Below are positions 61,201 through 64,000 of a stretch of DNA of 64,000 nt, piece by piece (the stretch's first letter is position 1; every line of letters begins with the position of its first letter). This DNA is from Macrostomum hystrix. Lineage: Eukaryota > Animalia > Platyhelminthes. Under the pieces are notes generated by a model. It worked only from the letters and a program-made list of their open reading frames with translations, searched no databases and was not told the origin of the DNA. A program made the position numbers and the translations under genes. Where the stretch lies: contig CATNEN010000002.1 of NCBI GenBank assembly GCA_950097015.1, forward strand, positions 3,906,001-3,970,000. Reading direction: 5' to 3'.

Positions 61201-64000
61201 TTTGTAAAATCGGGCGGCAAATTAGCTTGGTAGTCCTACTGTTAACTGACGGACAAATAGAAAATTGAAGTAGAAAATCAACTCCAAGCAGCTAGAACTG
61301 GAACCATTTCCTGTGACAGTGTGCGACAAAGTTTCAGTGTTGTATGTACACTAGTGAGTACTGTCTTCGAGCCGTGGTCAGGTGGATTACCTTTTAAGTT
61401 TCTAAACTGTCGACTAAGGGACAGTCTCAGGTGTCCTTCTGCATGTGAACAGTTTTCTTCATTTTCTAAAATGTCGATTTTTTGCTTTAAAATGTTCATA
61501 TTCACGACTAAAAACTATTTTTGTTAATCGTGGCTCACTTTTCAAAGAAAACAATTAGTTAGACTTAGCTCAGTCAGCTTAGTGCCAAGTCTAGTACTAG
61601 ATGGCATGCTTTCATTTTGACATGTATATTTAGTTTGCTTTGTAATATGTTTTGCTTTGCTCTATTACCGTTGTGTTGCATTGTAAGAACATCAATAACC
61701 TGCTTAGTTTAGTCATTTGAGGTGCCACCAACCGAAAAAAATTTACCTTAGTTATTCAAAACTTTATAAAATTTAAGAGTAAAAAGTATATAAAATAATT
61801 GTCATCGATTGGACGATGATAATATTTTAGATAAAAAATCTACCTAGAAAGACGAATCAATACTGACAATAGAAATTGAATTTGATTACTTTACCTACCA
61901 CATTTCACTTAAATATATATATGACAATCGCATTTCCCATGTTTATGCATATGGTATTACCTGGCTGGGCACGTGTTATGCAATCATTAGGCTTATCTTA
62001 ACACCCGTGCTATCTACGTAATTCATAACCCAGCGAAAAATCTTAAAAGTACATTTACCGACGCCTTCTAGTCTTATCTCGCTAGACTGTTATAATTGCT
62101 GTGGCAAAGCATAGTTTGCGCTTCTAAAAATGTCCTTATACATTTAGTTCTAACCATCAATTATAAATGACTAATAACTCTGCTGTCTCACGTGAACTTT
62201 TCCCTAATAAGAATTCTACCTAAAATTTCCTAGGCTAGCAAAGGTTGTTTGCGTATGTTACTATCTTCTATACTACGAGCTACTTAGCTTTTGGGTTACG
62301 TAATAGTTAGTTAGTAGTATAAAACACGTTAAATAGATGTCCTTATAGCCCTAAAGCGGATCCTCCTGAAACGTTAAGTCCATAGTTCAGGACCATGTTT
62401 GAAGTGGTTGAAGTATTTCGGGTGGTGGCACCTCAATAGAAATTAGATCGGTTATGTTTATAGGAAAGCTAAATCAAGCACCACATATTAACTATACTCT
62501 TATTATTTATTTAGACATCGCGCACTGGCACGTGATCTCTCAATCCACCCCCTTTCTCCCTCCCCTCGTCTAATCGCCGCGCGCGGAACAACAAACAAAC
62601 AAACAAACAAACGAACAAACAAAAACAAACAAACAAAAACAAACAAACAAAAACAACAAATGTGCAAACAAAATGATCAGGATTTGCAAGCCAACTCGCG
62701 CCACTGGGATCGCAAGCTGGACGCTTGGTCCAGACGATTGGACACCTACGAGAAGCAACGGCGCTCTCTGCAGAACTGGATTGCTGACGCTAGTCAAGTG
62801 CTGGACCAGCCGACTGATGCCAGCAGCCCTGACGAGCTCATTGCTCGGCATCGGGCCTTCTTCGAGCAGCAGAAGCAGCCGAGCGGGCAACTGTTGTTGA
62901 CGAATTTTCTGACTGCCGGCTCGGATTTGTTAAACTGTCTGACAACAATGGAAGACAGTGCTGAAACGGCGTCGGAGCCTGCCACCAATCAGGCTCTGGT
63001 TAGACGCGTCGATTTGGAGCTTCGCCAATTAGAAGACGATTGTAATGTGAGCTATTTTTTATTTGCAAATATGCCTACTGATGTTAGTAGGATAGTGTAA
63101 AATTGTTATTATAATCTACTCTTAGTAGCATTCAGAGTGACGCGCGAATTTAAATGCTATTTTTAGGCGATACTTTCTGAGGCGCCTCAACGCCTGCTTG
63201 GACTCACAATGGACAGTTGCGAAGCGAAGCTTAGTAATATTCTAGCCAATGGAGAACAGACTCTAACAGAGTTTGAGCGTAGAGTGGAGGCTAAAGAGCC
63301 ATTGGATCGAGTGCTAAAGGATCATGAGGTACGTCATGCTATATTTATTTATTGTTATATTTAATAAATTGGGTCCAAAATTAAAATAGGATCTAATCAC
63401 TTTATAACATGCAAAAAAATATTACAGGAGGGCTGTGGGAAATGGCACATCATTTGGTGACACTAGACACGCAGCCAGCGAGGAGGCAATTCTGCCCATT
63501 CCGCTGACTCCTGAGCGCTCACACAGGTGTGTACATCTGCCCTGACTTTCTCATCGTCAGGCAGTGTACACTTCACTGTGCCTTGGAGGTTGGCCCTCAA
63601 GGGCGGAAATTACTCGACAAGCCCCCAAGCCTTCTCTCTGCGGCTGCGCGCCAAAATGAATGTGCATGGCCTCGCCGTGGAATCGAACTCTACCACCGAC
63701 CCCCTTGGCATTCTTTCCCTTTACGTTTCCTGCGAAATCCGATATGTATCGAAAACCAAAAACAATCACAGAGAATTTTTTAACGCAATGCTTACTTTTT
63801 GCATTTCTTCACTTTTCGATGCAGGCCTACTTTTTCAAAAGTGCATTCTGTCCCGATTGTGAGAGGCTGATTGGAGAGATGAGACGGGCCGACTCGCTGC
63901 CCGGAGCTACTCAGCGAGCGGACTCGCTGGTGGATCGTTTTGAAGCTCTCTGGCGTCTGGCAGAAAGTTTTCGGACCAGGCTAAAGGACCTGCCGGCCAA
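46022..64000 (+). CDS. SYNE1: Nesprin-1/Msp300/ANC-1-like giant spectrin-repeat protein, shared exons; gene continues beyond the window
   Basis: Exons 46022-46263, 48939-49031, 50054-50375, 50930-51036, 55827-55955, 56456-56877, 57029-57452, 57855-58550, 58770-58913, 62681-63046, 63167-63328, 63825->64000; phases compatible. CH1 [49 protein letters not shown]; CH2 [30 protein letters not shown]; then Trp-anchored spectrin repeats. The KASH domain is not in the window. Confidence 0.85.
46325..46920. repeat. 17-bp pyrimidine-rich minisatellite followed by a CT-rich tract
   Basis: ctgtctatcttcaccct units directly after the CH1 exon donor. Confidence 0.9.
47780..48300 (-). repeat. 16-bp minisatellite, inverted relative of 28408-30150
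   Basis: ggagagatgagacacg units are the reverse complement of cgtgtctcatctctcc. Confidence 0.9.
48939..49031 (+). CDS. SYNE1: Nesprin-like exon, CH1 part 2
   Basis: cgccag|[31 protein letters not shown]|gtaaag; absent from the ORF track in this frame. Confidence 0.92.
50054..50375 (+). CDS. SYNE1: Nesprin-like exon, CH2 part 1
   Basis: tcgcag|[16 protein letters not shown]|gtgagt. Confidence 0.92.
50412..50835. repeat. 24-bp minisatellite in the CH2 intron
   Basis: gtgtgaagttcttggggtgtcgag units. Confidence 0.92.
50930..51036 (+). CDS. SYNE1: Nesprin-like exon, CH2 part 2
   Basis: tcatag|[24 protein letters not shown]|gtgagt. Confidence 0.9.
51940..53035. repeat. 16/17-bp minisatellite
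   Basis: tgaacttcaccattcc / tgaacttcaccaatccc units. Confidence 0.92.
53880..55560. repeat. 23-bp polypyrimidine minisatellite (about 1.7 kb); the long ORFs are artefacts
   Basis: cctttctcccctacttcccctgt units. Confidence 0.95.
55827..55955 (+). CDS. SYNE1: Nesprin-like exon
   Basis: cctag|[15 protein letters not shown]|gtttgt, 43 codons. Confidence 0.8.
56022..56090 (+). other. Degenerate tRNA-like (pol III A/B box) fragment in a nesprin intron
   Basis: gatggcgtagcggtctagag ... gagttcgaatcc; no intact cloverleaf. Confidence 0.4.
56456..56877 (+). CDS. SYNE1: Nesprin-like exon, spectrin repeat
   Basis: ttcag|[27 protein letters not shown]|gtgagg. Confidence 0.9.
57029..57452 (+). CDS. SYNE1: Nesprin-like exon, spectrin repeat
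   Basis: tttcag|[23 protein letters not shown]|gtaagc. Confidence 0.9.
57460..57685 (-). mobile_element. tRNA-derived SINE copy in a nesprin intron
   Basis: Minus strand reads tagcctagtggttagagc (A box) ... ggttcgattccc (B box), then cccttaactc...cagttcagccgactgttaaacgggcaccagc, resembling a CORE-type SINE central block. Confidence 0.65.
57855..58550 (+). CDS. SYNE1: Nesprin-like exon, spectrin repeats
   Basis: ccacag|[28 protein letters not shown]|gtttgt. Confidence 0.9.
58770..58913 (+). CDS. SYNE1: Nesprin-like exon
   Basis: attcag|[14 protein letters not shown]|gtaagt, 48 codons. Confidence 0.85.
59340..59450. repeat. 32-bp repeat, about 3.5 copies, containing the palindrome gtacttaagtac
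   Basis: gagtac recurs at 59345, 59377 and onward. Confidence 0.8.
60713..61241. mobile_element. TTAA-flanked non-autonomous DNA element (MITE), copy 2, 529 bp
   Basis: ttaa|cagtagaactaccaa ... ttggtagtcctactg|ttaa: 15-bp TIR with 1 mismatch; paralogue at 33274-33827. Confidence 0.85.
62585..62660. repeat. (CAAA)n microsatellite immediately upstream of a splice acceptor; another at 59880-59910
   Basis: Direct reading. Confidence 0.85.
62681..63046 (+). CDS. SYNE1: Nesprin-like exon, spectrin repeat
   Basis: gatcag|[28 protein letters not shown]|gtgagc. Confidence 0.85.
63167..63328 (+). CDS. SYNE1: Nesprin-like exon
   Basis: ttttag|[14 protein letters not shown]|gtacgt, 54 codons. Confidence 0.8.
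63470..63710 (-). mobile_element. Second copy of the SINE found at 15715-16015 (head partly lost)
   Basis: Shared aggca(g/a)ttctgcccatt..ctcctgagc..cacaggtgtgtacatctgccctgactttctcatcgtcaggcagtgtacac..ccttggaggttggccctcaa..gcctcgccg(c/t)ggaatcga. Confidence 0.75.
63825..64000 (+). CDS. SYNE1: Nesprin-like exon, truncated by the window end
   Basis: atgcag|[31 protein letters not shown]; open to the end. Confidence 0.8.

Overview
Eukaryotic, intron-rich animal DNA: AT-rich introns, GC-rich exons, and a different minisatellite in most introns. The style resembles a free-living flatworm such as Macrostomum, but that is inference only. Three host genes are reconstructable by hand, all on the + strand: (1) an 8-exon C2CD5/CDP138 homologue (14505-20608); (2) a 3-exon zinc finger + F-box + catalytically dead (Cys->Gly) E2 gene with the architecture of Drosophila Morgue (24882-27321); (3) the 5' part of a giant nesprin-1/Msp300-like gene (two CH domains plus spectrin repeats, 46022 to the window end), with up to four candidate phase-1 alternative first exons between 30.7 and 43.7 kb. 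The left 12 kb is a transposon graveyard: a spliced, decayed KDZ (Kyakuja-Dileera-Zisupton) transposase gene, a mariner fragment, a 674-bp MITE with 109-bp TIRs and a 9-bp TSD, and a duplicated tRNA-like unit. Elsewhere are two copies of a TTAA-flanked MITE and several tRNA-derived SINE copies. Most long ORFs in the supplied track are translation artefacts of tandem repeats. All splice models and homologies come from reading the sequence and recalling family motifs; no database search was run.
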